A stretch of 64,000 nucleotides of DNA from Eutreptiella sp. 'Long Island Sound 2002' (GCA_964036045.1 OZ038379.1:31868001-31932000), one strand, 5' to 3'. Shown: positions 12,151 through 24,241, counted from the first letter of the stretch. Numbers and translations: made by a program. Notes: generated by a model from the sequence alone, not told the origin.

Positions 12151-14267
12151 CACTGAGGAGGCTTTGTCGCTTATTTTTTGTTGCATTGTGTAATCTTTAT
12201 GTTGTCGCGTTAGGGAACAAAAGGCCCTTATGTTTCTCGGCTCTAATATGCTGACTGAGAATACAGGTGCTTTGCTGCTCCATTTGCAGGTCTTCTCGCC
12301 CCGTGGCAGTTGCCGGCTGAAATCTCGCCAACCTTGGGCATATTCACACTGCCGAGGAAGCGTTGTAGTGTAGTAATAAATGACACCGAGTTCTCTTTGG
12401 TATGCGCAACCCATGACCTACATCTCTGTCTCTCTCGTCTCGCGCAGAAGGTCTTCGATTCTGGCTGTGCAGATGAGTGCTCTCCCCCACGATGCCCACT
12501 ATGCCGATTGACTGCTCCACGTCCGTCTTAAATTAATCGTCGATAGTAACCGAATTGGTTTGGTGTTCGTGCCCTCACACACAACACAAGTACGAAGTAG
12601 CATGGCACACAACAAAATGGAGGAGATAAGGTTCAGAGAGCTTATTCAGGTGAGTTTGGATGTTTTTCTCAGTGGCTTTTTAGGGGCCTTTTGTGGGCCT
12701 ACTGCTTGAATGGATTTTGCTTGGACTAAGTTGCTTTGGAGGTCACTGATTGTGTGTGAAATTGAGGGTTACCCGTGGCTTAAGAAGAATGGTTGCATAC
12801 TTACAAAGACACAATCCTGACTGCAATCTCCCCAAACATGCGATGCATGAGGCAAACAGTGGGTGCATACACAGGAAATAACGCCCCCTCTGGTTCTACT
12901 AAGCAACAAGGGTACTTTGGCGTTGTTTGGTGCTTTTATTTTGCATCTTGGAGTCTCAACATGTCACTTCCTTCTGTAATAGGTTTCTCTCCTCCACTTC
13001 TGCCATGTACCCATCCACGTGGGCATCCGTAGCAGCTTCAACAAAAGAGGTAGAGACGCCTGGAAACTATTGCTCTTCATGCACACACCATTCAATAATG
13101 TTTGTCATTTGATTTTGAGGATGAGTCCAACAACAATAACCATTTGGAAACTTGCTTGTACTTAGAGTGGTGAACAGAGAGGAGTGCAGATTAGAGAGCA
13201 TAGTGTTTGGACTCATACGGATTTCATCCCCTCTTGTGTTCTGGAGTTGGAAACAGGAAGGAGATCACCTTCTGCCGACAAGATTAGAGGCTCTCTCAGG
13301 CCTGTAGGGCCTTAGGTGAGCTCTTTGGAAGCTCTGCTGTCGCAGCCCACTACGGCGTCCTCACCTCACGGAGAAACATCAATCATATTGTACACCATAG
13401 TGTGGTGCAGCTGCCAGGGGTCAACATGTCCTTCTCAGGTAGCCCCAAGGTCACGAGGCACTGCCTGCGGACCTTGGCAGGTAGTGCGGTGTGTTGTCCC
13501 TTCCTAATACCCGCCCCCCGGTCACACCCAATTGTGAGGGTCATGATGTCAGGTTTTGCATTAACTAGCATGATCCTAACCTCGTGCCAAATTTACTCTA
13601 TTCGATGTTCGCAAATGCTTTTGCCTTGTTCCCACTGCAGAGCAAACCAGACTATTGCCGAATGTACCCTTAAGTTCACCCCCGCAGCTATCGAATATTT
13701 CTTGGGCTGTCTAGGTTAGCTCTTCCCCCTCCCACAGTGCCGGTTAGTCACAAACCATGCTGCCCACCAGGGGGTTGGTGGGGGCATACAAAGTCCGAAA
13801 AAAGGAGAGCTGCGATGAGTCACCCCACGGTATTGACGTGTTGAAAGAGGAGCATTATTGCTAGTGCCTGAGGTGCTTAGGTAGGGTCAACACCTGCTTC
13901 CTCCAGCCAAAGAGGTTGGCGGATTCCGAACCTCTGACTTAGTGACTCAACAACCACATATGATACCACCATAGTGGCCTCACAACTTGCATGAGGGAGG
14001 GGTGTGTATTTGCCTCGGGAGCCGGGCAATGCCAACCGGCAAAGGTTTATTAGTGTCATGCACGTGGTGCTGTACAAGTTCTTGGGGTGCGTGCAGGGTG
14101 GTGGATGTACTGGTATGTGTGCAGCACGTGTCGGGGTGAGCATGACAAGACGTGAAAGGTATGGAATGGTGCCCGTTGTTATGGCTATGGGGTGTGGTGA
14201 TGTTATGGGGGAAGACCAGGGTCGTGTTGAGGCGGCGGACATGTTAGCGTTGGTACTAGCAGTGCCT

Positions 14268-14360
14268 TGGGTCGCCTTAAGCGCAGTGCGCGCGTAGTGC
14301 AACTATTTAGGCGCCCGGCGGTAGTAGAAATCCATACTTTGTGGTACTTTGGGCATCATT
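14268..14360 (+). mobile_element. Left terminus of a GGGGG TIR-family element
   Basis: gggtcgccttaagcgcagtgcgcgcgtagtgcaactatttaggcg matches the left ends at 28929, 52885 and 56905. Confidence 0.75.
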
Positions 14361-14856
14361 ATTCTTTGGTAGTAGGTTTTGATGCCTTTGGGATATAGCA
14401 TTTTCAACTTGTTGCCGGGGAAGCCGCTCTTTAAGCAGTGGCGGAGCAGTGTGCATATTTCAAGGGTGTGTTCTCTTGTGTTGCTCTTTTGTTGTGCGTG
14501 AACGCCCAATGCCACAACAACATGCGGTAAAATGAATGGTTTGGAAATTTTGCTTGAACTGTGGGTCGCTTGGCAAGAAGTGGCCGGTGGGCATGCTGGT
14601 GCCCCGAAAAATTCGCCTGCCTTTTCCCGGCCAAAGGAGCCCCCAATATCGAGTCTAATTGGCAGGCCCACGTCGGTCCTCGGGAATGCCGTACATGTAA
14701 TGTGCACGCGGTGTGAAGTTTTGGATGGCGGCGAATACCTGGACCCTACTTTTGGCCCCCTTTGACAAACTTTTGGTTCCATACTAAGGATTTTTTACCT
14801 TCCTATACATTTGGGATGTGGCACATTGGATTTGTTACCAATTGTTGCCCATTTTC

Positions 14857-14996
14857 AACTGGTTTTCCGAAGGAACGAAGGTTCTGTGCACAAGGCGGGG
14901 TGGGGGATAGAGAGAGGCAACACTTTACACTGGGGCTGCTGCCTCTGTCTTTCCAGCCCTTTTATTTTGTGAGTGCCCAGTCAGTGTGTACAGACG
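14857..14996 (+). repeat. Split direct repeat A1 (partner A2 19692-19841)
   Basis: aactg..ttccgaaggaac..gagagaggcaacacttt..ctggggctgctgcctctgtcttt..tttattttgtgagtgcccagtcag..tgtacagacg occurs at both sites. Confidence 0.9.
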
Positions 14997-15059
14997 GCTG
15001 CAGACGCTGATGGCAGACGTCATCAGTCTCCTCGGAATCATGCCAGCAACCCAGGAGTC

Positions 15060-16240
15060 GATAATTTTGCACATTCGCATCCTCAACAACACACACAAGG
15101 AAAAATTAACAAGAAAAAGCGAGGGGCTGCTACCGTGGATTGGGAATGGGAGCAGCTCATCGCACGGGATCGGCACGTACTGGACGGGGCCTGGTCGACG
15201 TTTCTGGCATTGCTGCAGTTCGCCGATGACGTCCCCGTAGACAGCCGCAACGCTGTGCGTGACTGCGGCTGTGCATTCTGGCAGCACTCCGAAGGTTTGA
15301 ATACCACGAGGTGTGCGGTGTTGTTCGAGTCGGAGCTCGGAGTGCCAATTGTCAACTCGTCCTTCACCTACTACCGAGATGTATTGCCGTTTGCGCTGGC
15401 TGTACATTGGGATATAGACGTGCCCCGATTGGACTTGGTTCCACACCAAGCACAGGCAGCATTTTCCTTTATCGAACTCATGCAGCGATCCGACCATAGA
15501 CGCGAGTTCGCCAACAGGGTTGCATTCCCACCGGGGGAAAGGCCGACGGGCGGATCAACAGGCGGCACACACGAGGCGGGGACCACGGACGTGCCCGGGG
15601 CCGACGATCGGCCGACCACATGCTGCCGCACAAGTACGCGCTCACCAAGGCGCATGTGCGCGCCGTAAGAAAACAGGCAGGGGCTTCCAAGTGGGCCACC
15701 CGGCTGGGGAAACTGATCGAAGGATACCTGGATGTTGCGGCCATAGACCCAATGGATCCGGATGGATGGACATATCAATGACCTCCGCGGGAATGGGGCT
15801 GTTGGACGCGGCCTAAAATGTGTGGGATGTCATACTCAAGACCAAAGAGGGAGCGCAGACCGTGCTCAAGGACAAACACAGGCAAGCCAAACAAAAGTCG
15901 AAGCGCAAAACGCACAAGGCCAAAAAGCAGGCGAGGAAAGGAAAGCGGACCACGGGCACGCGACGCTCTTATTCCTCCACGGACACGTCATCATCCTCCT
16001 CATACACGTCTTCAGGGTCCTCCGACAGCCGCCGAGCACGCAACACGAAGGCACATGCCGCACTGCCTGTAGGGGAATACCAGAAAACGTTTGAGTCCAC
16101 CCAGGATGCTGTTGGGGCCCTAGCTTTCCTGTGGATCACATGAGAGCCCCACTTTAGGTCCCCCAATACAGGGGACCTCATCAACTGCTCGCGGCTGCCC
16201 AAGACGCCATGTAACGTATGTGGACATCCGCACCGGGTCT
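15060..16240 (+). pseudogene. ORF1/gag-like protein of the YR element (broken by stops/frameshifts)
   Basis: Long coding-like stretch with a Lys/Ser-rich tract, ending in PKTPCNVCGHPH (CxxCxxxH knuckle-like). Confidence 0.6.
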
Positions 16241-16549
16241 AGCAAGGAGGCACTCACGGATGTAAAGGGCAGTTTGCCCGCAAGCGATAACGGCGGGCGG
16301 AGCAGGGAGGGGCAGCAGCCACAGGCGCCAGAATTGCAGCCCTCCGAAAGCCAGCAGGCGCCCCCCCCCTCCCCCACTAGCGCCAACCCCGATCCGCCTA
16401 CTGCTGCCGCCCCTGTGCCAAACGATCAGCCAGAGGATGCTGCAGCGGAGGCCGACACACACACCGCTGCCCTTGTCGACCCGGAATCGGTGGCTGCCAT
16501 CCGATGTGCCGACGCAGTCCACCTCGTGCAGGCCATATGTCGTTTCTAG

Positions 16550-17460
16550 TGGGCAACAGATGAGGAGTACGCCACCACATACGACGCCACGGCAGTGCGT
16601 GGACTCGCCAAAGACACGCGACTCGGATACGCGGCAGCGCTGGACTGACTTGCGTGAACCCTCCAAAAGCAGCCGGGGGAGTCCGCGCGAACCTCGCTCC
16701 AACACCACATGCTCGGATTTGCGCGCACCTCCACGTCAGAAGCGGGACCGAAGAAGCCCCTGTCCGCCACCAGGGTGCCCGGAAAGTTCGGCTGGATTGA
16801 CAGGCTGGTTGTGCCAATGGAGTGGAAATTCGTCGAGGCAATCTCAGCATTATACGCAGCCGTGCGTGGGGCAACGCACAAGTTCTGGGCGTCCAATGAA
16901 ACCCTGCAGGCCTTCTGCAAACTCTGATCATCCCCGCACGAATGCGAGCTCGCAGCTCTGGGAGTCATCAACATCTGCCCGGGACTGCGCGCCAAGGAGG
17001 CGGTCACACTCAGCTTCCGCGACGGCTCCTTCTTCTGGCATGGGGCGAAGGGAGTGCAGGAGAATGCTCGGAAACGGGTGCTTGGGGTGCCCAATGGGGG
17101 GCGTTCCTCCGCGCTCTGCGCGCACGCAACGGCTTCCATCCAGACAGGGCGCTTGGGCCAGCACCCGTGCCATCTTGCACTCACAAGTGCGCAACATTGT
17201 CGGGCGACTGGGGTCAGGCTGCGCGCCACTCCGGTGGCCCGTGTGGCGACGCTATCGCACCGCGCAGCTCCATATGCTGGGGGCGCCCACTCCCGCGATC
17301 CTCCTCTGGGGCGGCCGGGCCTTGCCGCAGATGCTCCGGGTCTACGCCTACCCTCAGGGCAACTGGGAGTTTCACTTTGGCGGGCCGCTTGTCACACTGC
17401 TCAACCTGGAAGCGCAGGAGCTTGGTCGGACGGACTGCCCTGGCACCAGACTTTAGTTGT
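16550..17460 (+). pseudogene. Tyrosine recombinase
   Basis: ELAALGVINICPGLRAKEAVTL (first Arg box); WRRYRTAQLHMLGAPTPAILLWGGRALPQMLRVY (HxxR box degenerate, G-W/H box, catalytic Tyr). Confidence 0.8.
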
Positions 17461-17933
17461 GGGCGCCCTGGTTGCGCCGCGAAATCCCTCGCGCGGAGTC
17501 GTTGCTGCGACCGGCGACGCGGACGCGCTCTACGTGACTTGACGGGCGCAAAGAGGAAGCGGACGCGGCTGGCGACAAGCGCCCACGCAAGGCCTGATGA
17601 TATGGGGCGACAGCTGAGTGGTGAGGCGCGAGCAGCGAGCCGCGCGGTCTCTGAGCTTCGTGGCGTGCAAAGGGGACACTGCGCCATGGTCGAAGACGCA
17701 GTCATGGATATATTCAACTCCCTGGGGGACGTTCGAGGTCGGGATGCGGCATTGGAAGAATTCATGAAGGTGCTGCGGACCCTGTTCGACGAAGGCCTCA
17801 ACGTGGACGACGATATGCTCTACGACGATGAGCCCACGCCCAGACCCCGAAAAACCTCATCCTCGCACATCCCGGAGGCCGTGGCGGTTGCAGGGTCTGG
17901 GCCAACAGGCAGAGTGGGCATTGCAAAGTCCCT

Positions 17934-18899
17934 GTGGCGCCGCTGTGTACCGCGCGGGCTGCAGGCTATCTATTGGGCCGGAGTGTGCCAAGCGCAACCG
18001 GGGCTACACCGACACAGGGATCCCCGCACCTACTCCGTATGTTTCAGTTGATCCACACGGTGACCAAAGGGGTGAACCCCACTTCGGCACCGCCAACGGC
18101 ATCCGCGTTCGTGCGCCCCAAATCTAGCTCGAAATGCAGGTGCCTGCTGAACGCCACTGGCATCAACGCGCTGGACCCGCACCCACCGCCGAAGGCCCGT
18201 CTGCCAGCGCTGAACCAAATACGGGACATCTTCGCCACAGAGGCACCGGGGAGGCTTTGGATGTGCAAGCTCAACCACAGCAACGCGTACTCGAGCATCA
18301 GGCTGCCGCGCCGCTGGAGAAGGACATTCGTCATCAAGGCAGGGCAACAACGCTGGCGGTACACCACCCTCCCAACTGGCTGGAAATATGCCCCGGTCAT
18401 CTGTCAACGCCTGGTGCAAGGCATCGTCTCGTCGGCACGGTGCAGGTACTCCGCCATATGGCACGTCTACCTTGACGATGTACTAATCACAGCGCCATCG
18501 CGCAACGTGGCGGCACAGGCCATCCAAGCGGCGACCCGGCAGCAGGATTCGTCATCAGCCCCAAGTCTGAAATGGAGCCCACCACCGACATCACTTTCAT
18601 CGGAAAACGACTGAACTCTGTAACCAGGTCCATCTCAAATACGACGGAAATGATGACGGCGGCCATGCGGCTATGGGTTCACGCGCTGGGCCCCGGACGG
18701 ATCCGCCCGAGGAAGCCTGGGAAGGCGGCACTGGGTACTCAGGCCGCTGGCCGGGGGGGGGGGGGGGTGCCATTCCGTGGGGTCGTACCGAAGCATGTGC
18801 GCGGGGTCACACTGGTTCACGCGCGCGCTGGCGAGGTCCACGGGCACCGCACTCGTGTTGGGCTTCCCAGAGCACACACTCCACCACGCTGCAGGCTAG
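17934..18899 (+). pseudogene. DIRS-type reverse transcriptase (two compensating frameshifts)
   Basis: KLNHSNAY, LPTGWKYAP, VYLDDVLI, GFVISPKS..ITFIGK, LGRRHWVLRP; ends ..FPEHTLHHAAG*. Confidence 0.88.
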
Positions 18900-19467
18900 C
18901 CTACCACCGTGTGTGCTGGTGTGTGTGTATGAAGCGGTCATGAGCGCGCACAAGCAAAGACGCCGGGGAGCGGTGCAGATGTGCGAAGAGCGTCAAAAGG
19001 CGCCTGTGAGGTCCCCCAGGCGGAGCGCCGTCGCTCGGCCTCGGCTGTGGCGTCACTCCATGACGCCCCGCGAAAACATCTACTCAGGGGGTCCGCAGGG
19101 TTGTAGCGGACGGCACCTGAAACATGGACACCTGCAGACCGCTCCAGGCCCGCAGCTAGAAAATGCGGCGGAGGAGACAGTGTTGTACAATTGAATCCGG
19201 CGCTGCCCACATCTTTGAAGCATGGATGCGGGAGGCGTCGTTGTCGATTCCCACGGCAATGGAGTGAAGGCGGTTCCCTACTGCCACTTTCATCGCGGCG
19301 TAGGCAGCATAGAGCTCCGCTTGTTGAAGGGAAGATACCCACTTGGGGCATCGATATGTGCGATATATACCTTGGGGCCCTACGAACCCTGCCCGGAAGC
19401 CGTCGCCGTCCAGGGCTGCGTCGCTGAAAAAAGTGAAGGTACGTTTATTTGCGCCTGCAGCGTGGTG
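18882..19467. repeat. 15-bp perfect inverted repeat pair bracketing the RNase H segment
   Basis: caccacgctgcaggc at 18882-18896; gcctgcagcgtggtg at 19453-19467. Confidence 0.92.
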
Positions 19468-19563
19468 TTCTGCTGTGAGCACGGCGATTTGCCCTGTCTT
19501 GCCCAGTTGCTTTCGTATCAGGCAAGGCCAGGCGTGCCCGCATGGCCCTATACTGGCTCGCAT
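18938..19563 (-). pseudogene. RNase H domain of the YR element, on the antisense strand
   Basis: FFSDAA..GFRAG, QQAELYAA, AVGIDN, NPADPLSR, in order on the - strand (ORFs 19156..19563 and 18938..19351). Confidence 0.85.
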
Positions 19564-19575
19564 TCGCTTGCAGTA

Positions 19576-19691
19576 TTGTGAGTATTGCTCGAAGAAGCAA
19601 ACTGTTTGTCACTGCAGCATTTCAAAACATGTACAGAGTTGTTGCCTGCCTGTGCACTCCTGAGCTCCTTTTCGCCCGCCCCGACCGACGG
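19576..19691 (+). repeat. Split direct repeat B1 (partner B2 19954-20070)
   Basis: ttgtgagtattgct..agaagca..catgtacagagttgttgc..tgtgcactcctgagctccttttcgcccgccccgaccgacgg occurs at both sites. Confidence 0.92.
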
Positions 19692-20104
19692 AACTGATGT
19701 TCCGAAGGAACAAAGGTTGTGTGCACAGGGCGGGGGGGGGGAAAGAGAGAGGCAACACTTTCAACTGGGGCTGCTGCCTCTGTCTTTGCGGTCCTTTTAT
19801 TTTGTGAGTGCCCAGTCAGTTTGTACAGATGTGTACAGACGCCCACCCACCCGCCCTCTAAAACCGGCCTCTGGCCGGGCATGCAAATCCAACAGCAATC
19901 AGGGGCAAGAGTATGTCATCACCAGGTGCATACGACGACCGCAGATCAGTTGTTTGTGAGTATTGCTAGAAGAAGCAGACTGTCTGTCACTCAAGCATTT
20001 CAAGGCATGTACAGAGTTGTTGCCCGCCTGTGCACTCCTGAGCTCCTTTTCGCCCGCCCCGACCGACGGATCCATTTTTACCCATTTTCCATCCCTCATA
20101 TTGA

Positions 20105-20255
20105 TTTCTCCCCACTATGGGGACCCCGAGAAGGTAGGGGTGATGTAGCCATATTGAACTCCCCCCACTATGGGGACCCCGAGAAGGCAGGGTTGGTGTA
20201 GCCATTCCACCCACAAGTGGGCCCCCGAGACGGCAGGGGTGATGCAACCATGCTC
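20105..20255 (+). repeat. Dispersed minisatellite (ccccgagaa.gcagggg.gatgtagc..ttcc.cccac..gtggg), ~3 units
   Basis: Same unit at 33685-33850, 51725-51920, 53020-53100 and 29055-29100, and inverted at 38625-38830. Confidence 0.75.
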
Positions 20256-20949
20256 AGTGACGAAGGAAACCGGAGCATCTACGTTGATTGTTTCTATGGG
20301 GCAAGTGCTAAGGAAGTACCTTTGCGGAACCCAAGGCCGCCCTGAGCTCTGCTTCGGTGGTTTCAGTACCCACGGGGAACCTAACCGTCCTTTGTCTTCC
20401 ACTCAACCTTCTGGTGCTATTGAGGAAACCGGGCCAATCTTTCCTACAGTTGGTGTTACCGTTGTAACTCAACCCCCTTCTGTGCGTTCATGCCTCTCCC
20501 ATCTTTGTTGTCAAATGTCAAACGGGCACCCTAAGCCTAGTATGTGGTGATATGACTTCAGGGTGTCTGAAGCGGAACTACTGTCTTTTGTGCTTTGTCC
20601 TTAGAATACACATGTCGATCCCCGCGGACCTTGAGGAGTTTGTGGTAAGACCTTCATCCCCACATTTAATTAATTTAAAGGTAGTTTCGTTGTTATCCCG
20701 TTGGCTTTGCTGGTTCGCCGTGCTATCGGACAGGTGACAGGTGACAGGTAATCTTGGGTGAGTATCCCGGCATCTACGTGCGCAGTATGCACGCAGTGCG
20801 CACGCAGTGCAACAACTCCCCCCCCTCCCCGCCGGAAAATCCGGCAGCCTATCTTAGTGCAGCACACCGTGGAAGAAACACCGCCCTTGGAATTTTTTTT
20901 GGAAGCAGGGAGCGTACCACTTATGCTGAGGATAACAACATTCTATGCC

Positions 20950-21152
20950 AGGCGCTTCGGCTGCATGTGTGGCTTTTCTAGTTGTGCATGATGTGTGTTA
21001 TGTGAAGGGAAGGTAGTTTGCAACTTTCTTGAGCTGGGGCAGTTTGGGTCACCTACTTCTCAGGGCGTTTCCAAGGGGCGAGCCTCGGGGCTCTTTGGGG
21101 GGAACATAGTCTAAAAGTAGTGCGCAGTGTGCACGCAGTGCAAGGATTCCCC
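20950..21152 (+). mobile_element. Right terminus of a GGGGG TIR-family element (a second right-end-like array at ~20775-20825)
   Basis: Matches 53445-53645 (gtgcatgatgtgtgttatgtgaagggaaggtagtttgca...aaagtag.gcgcagtg..cagtgcaa.ga.tcccc). Confidence 0.8.
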
Positions 21153-23053
21153 TGGGATGGGCTCTTTGCCTGTTTCAAGTTGTTCGGGCCGTGAGCCGCA
21201 ATTTCCTAACTGCTCTGCTGTTGTTTTAGGGGGGGGGGAGGGTGGGCCTGAAGTGTCCTAAGAGTAGTGAAGATGAGGGATTCTTGGGAGAGCCACTCAA
21301 GAGAAAGTAGAGGTCATGCTTATGTAACAAATAATACCGAGCCATGAAGCAAACCCAAAGTCATGAAGCAAGCAGTTGGGGCTTTGGCCCAATGGCTCCC
21401 CACCTCTGGATGTCTTTGGTTTCATACCCTTGATTGGGTCCGGGCAGAAAACAAGAAAAGAGGCCCTGAGTGGTTTGGGGCTGAGGGTATTGCATCCGTT
21501 GTCTCCATGGGTCAAATGTGCAAACAAACTGCGAAGAACCCCCTGAGACAAATTACAGAAACGCCAAAAAAAATGGGGTGGCAAGGCACAGTTTTGTAGT
21601 TTGATGAGGCAGAGAATGTGCGCAACGTGCTTTGATAATCTGCCTACGCCTACTGTGCACGTGATTGTGCTCGGTCAAAGTCAGTGTTGCCTGGTCCCCT
21701 TTGGCGAGGCAGAATAAATCCACATTCAGTAATGCTACAACAGTTGCTCAGGGGCAGCTAGTTGACACGATGCAGGTGTCGTTGATGGGATGTTTTCGGC
21801 TCAGGCCCATGTAGCACTGAATAGTGGCCATAGGCCTTTCAACTGTTTACAATCTCCTGAACGCTTTGACGTCTCATGGCCCCCTGAGAGGGTGTTTATC
21901 ATGGTCCAGACTGTTTCCCCTCCCCTTGAGTATTTCCCTTGTCCAAGCAATGTCTTCCCACTTGTCCTATTGGGCGGAATTCTGTTTCGGTTGCTGAATC
22001 TATGAAATTCCGTCCTTTGCTCATTGTGGTGCACATTGACTTGTTCTTTCACAATGGAGGCCAAATGCAACGAAACGATATATTTAGGATGTGCCGCCAG
22101 CGTGAGAAGTGTCGAGTGCACAATGAAAGCCGTTGCCATGCTTCGTCTTGTGGTCGCACCACTGTGTAATCCTACCGTATTCCAATGATGTTCCCGTGAT
22201 CAACCACCACATAAACACAGGAATGCAAAAAACATACAGTCAAAGGGCGTACTATTTCCATACCATTGTCTGCACTTGAAGTGAGATGAGAGCAAATGCA
22301 CTGATTTTGGCCAAGAAGCTCAATCTTGGCTGATCAAACAGAAATTAACTCATGACTTCGCATGACCAAGGTGGTGGACAATACCATTCGCGACGCTAGC
22401 CTCATCAACAACTGAAAGTTCTCCTCCACCTTTGTCTGTACACCAAGCATGCGTATAAAGCACACAGGTATGCAGTAGCAATAAATTTGCACATGCAAGA
22501 TCAAACAGCACCGGAGGCTTGTTCAGCTGAAGCACACAAGTGCACGCACACGCGCACACACACACACACACATGGGGTCATCATACACACTAAAGTACTG
22601 AGGTGTTCTTTGTGACTGCAGCAATGCTAGAGCAGTCACTTCTGCAGGTGTGTCGGAGTTGCTCGCGCAACAAGTATGTGCTTGCCTGCGATGATTTCGT
22701 TCCTGGCTTTTTGGATCAGCATTGCTGCCAGGTGTGGTCCAACAACTTTTTGGCAAAAGGAAAGGAACTGCATAGTTTTAAGCAAGATATTCAACAACTG
22801 ACCCAAAAAGTCTGAGAGAAATGATGTTCTGGGTGTGTACAATTCACCATACCAATTTCCTCTTTGGGTTCCTCTCATCATGAATCACATGGCTGTCCGC
22901 AGCATTTCTCTGTAGTTTCTTATGAAGAAGGCAACGCTGCGCCTCTCTGTGAGGACGCATGCTTGCGTTAGGCGATGCTATAGAACCCTGGATCTGAACC
23001 CAGAGTATATCAAGACCTGTGCAGTCAGAAGTCTTACCCTCATGGACATGTAC

Positions 23054-23338
23054 GGGGAATGCCGTGCACGCAGTGCGCACGCATTGCGAAGTTTTGGATG
23101 TCGCCATCTACTAAGGGCTCTATTAAGCAGAGAATGGTGCAAAATGCATTCGGTCCTGTGCACAAGAGTCTCCACACTACATGTCTCAAAATCACCCACA
23201 GAGTGCTTATTTTGGCCACTGGACAGTCAAGAGGTCACACCAAAGATTGGATTGTAATTTTGGAAAACGGACCCTCCCCATCTCAGCCTCTGCGTGCGCA
23301 GTATGCACGCAGTGCGCACGCAGTGCAAGAACTTCCCC
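23054..23338. mobile_element. Small GGGG/CCCC-ended MITE-like element with cagtgc arrays
   Basis: ggggaatgccgtgcacgcagtgcgcacg at left; gcacgcagtgcgcacgcagtgcaagaacttcccc at right; TSD not clean. Confidence 0.5.
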
Positions 23339-23653
23339 ACGGCCGCCCAGAGGTGAGGCTAGGCCAGGCGCTCAATGGGCCAGGGGAGAACCAACCAAAA
23401 TGAATCTAGCGCCCCTGCAATTGATGTAGTCCATCGGCAGATAATGCTGGGCAGGGCATCGGACGTTGGACCCAGTATTTTGAGCATCCATTGAACCGGG
23501 TAAGGGCCCTATAATCGAATTTTCGCCCACCTGGTGTCTTGGGTCAAGGACCATGCGAGGTACCGTGCGTAAGCAACACCCTTGTCCAATTGGTCCTGTC
23601 ACATTGGTATGTTTTGCCGTTTTCTTGGACAAAAGGGGGGTGAGGGTTCCAAA

Positions 23654-24241
23654 ATGGTGGTACTCTGTCATTTTTTACAAGTCTTCTTCATGTCTTGTGC
23701 TGCCAACAATAGCCTTGCCCCTATCGAGTTGCACCTCCTGAGCCTGGGCAGCAACAAGCCCACAGAGGTGTCTACACACCTTCTTCATGAACAGGCACGG
23801 GAGCCCTCGCAAGTCTGGACGTTGACCACCATCGTCGCTACCATGTGCGCAGCCACATTGACCATGTTCGGTCTGCAAAGGGTAGCATACCATGGTCATA
23901 ACAAAGCCGGCAACACCCCGACTCGGCTCTTTCAGGCCTCTACAAGGCTGAGGACCACTGCGCACACTCTGCCACATACCAGACTCTATGCCGGCATGCG
24001 CAAAGACCCGGGGCAAATGGGCCAGCAAGAGTTCAACAAGGAGTTTGAGGCAATGCAGCAAGAAGCAAAGATGCAGTATTCTGTCATGTCTGAGACAACT
24101 AAAGATTTGGAACGGGCTAACGAGGCTATGGATGACCTGAAGTACCAACTGGCAGATGTCCTGCGTGCCGCTGGTGCCAAGGCACAGAAGAAGGCCGTGC
24201 AGCCGGAGGACGGGTCTCAACCGGCAGAAGAGAAGCCGTAG
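23654..24241 (+). CDS. Hypothetical protein with a two-hydrophobic-segment leader (plastid-targeting-like) and C-terminal coiled coil
   Basis: Uninterrupted ~195-aa ORF: hydrophobic N-terminus MVVLCHFLQVFFMSCAA, second hydrophobic block WTLTTIVATMCAATLTMFGL, acidic/Gln heptad-like tail. Confidence 0.5.
   Translation: MVVLCHFLQVFFMSCAANNSLAPIELHLLSLGSNKPTEVSTHLLHEQAREPSQVWTLTTIVATMCAATLTMFGLQRVAYHGHNKAGNTPTRLFQASTRLRTTAHTLPHTRLYAGMRKDPGQMGQQEFNKEFEAMQQEAKMQYSVMSETTKDLERANEAMDDLKYQLADVLRAAGAKAQKKAVQPEDGSQPAEEKP

Larger units (their letters stand above)
14857..20070 (+). mobile_element. Tyrosine-recombinase (DIRS-order) retrotransposon with split direct repeats; VIPER/TATE-like gag-YR-RT/RH order
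   Basis: A1 14857-14996, B1 19576-19691, A2 19692-19841, B2 19954-20070; gag knuckle, YR, RT and RH motifs inside. Confidence 0.88.

Noticed and set aside
12200-12540. Host gene exons
   Set aside because: AG/GT sites and short open frames exist, but no coherent protein can be assembled without transcript data.
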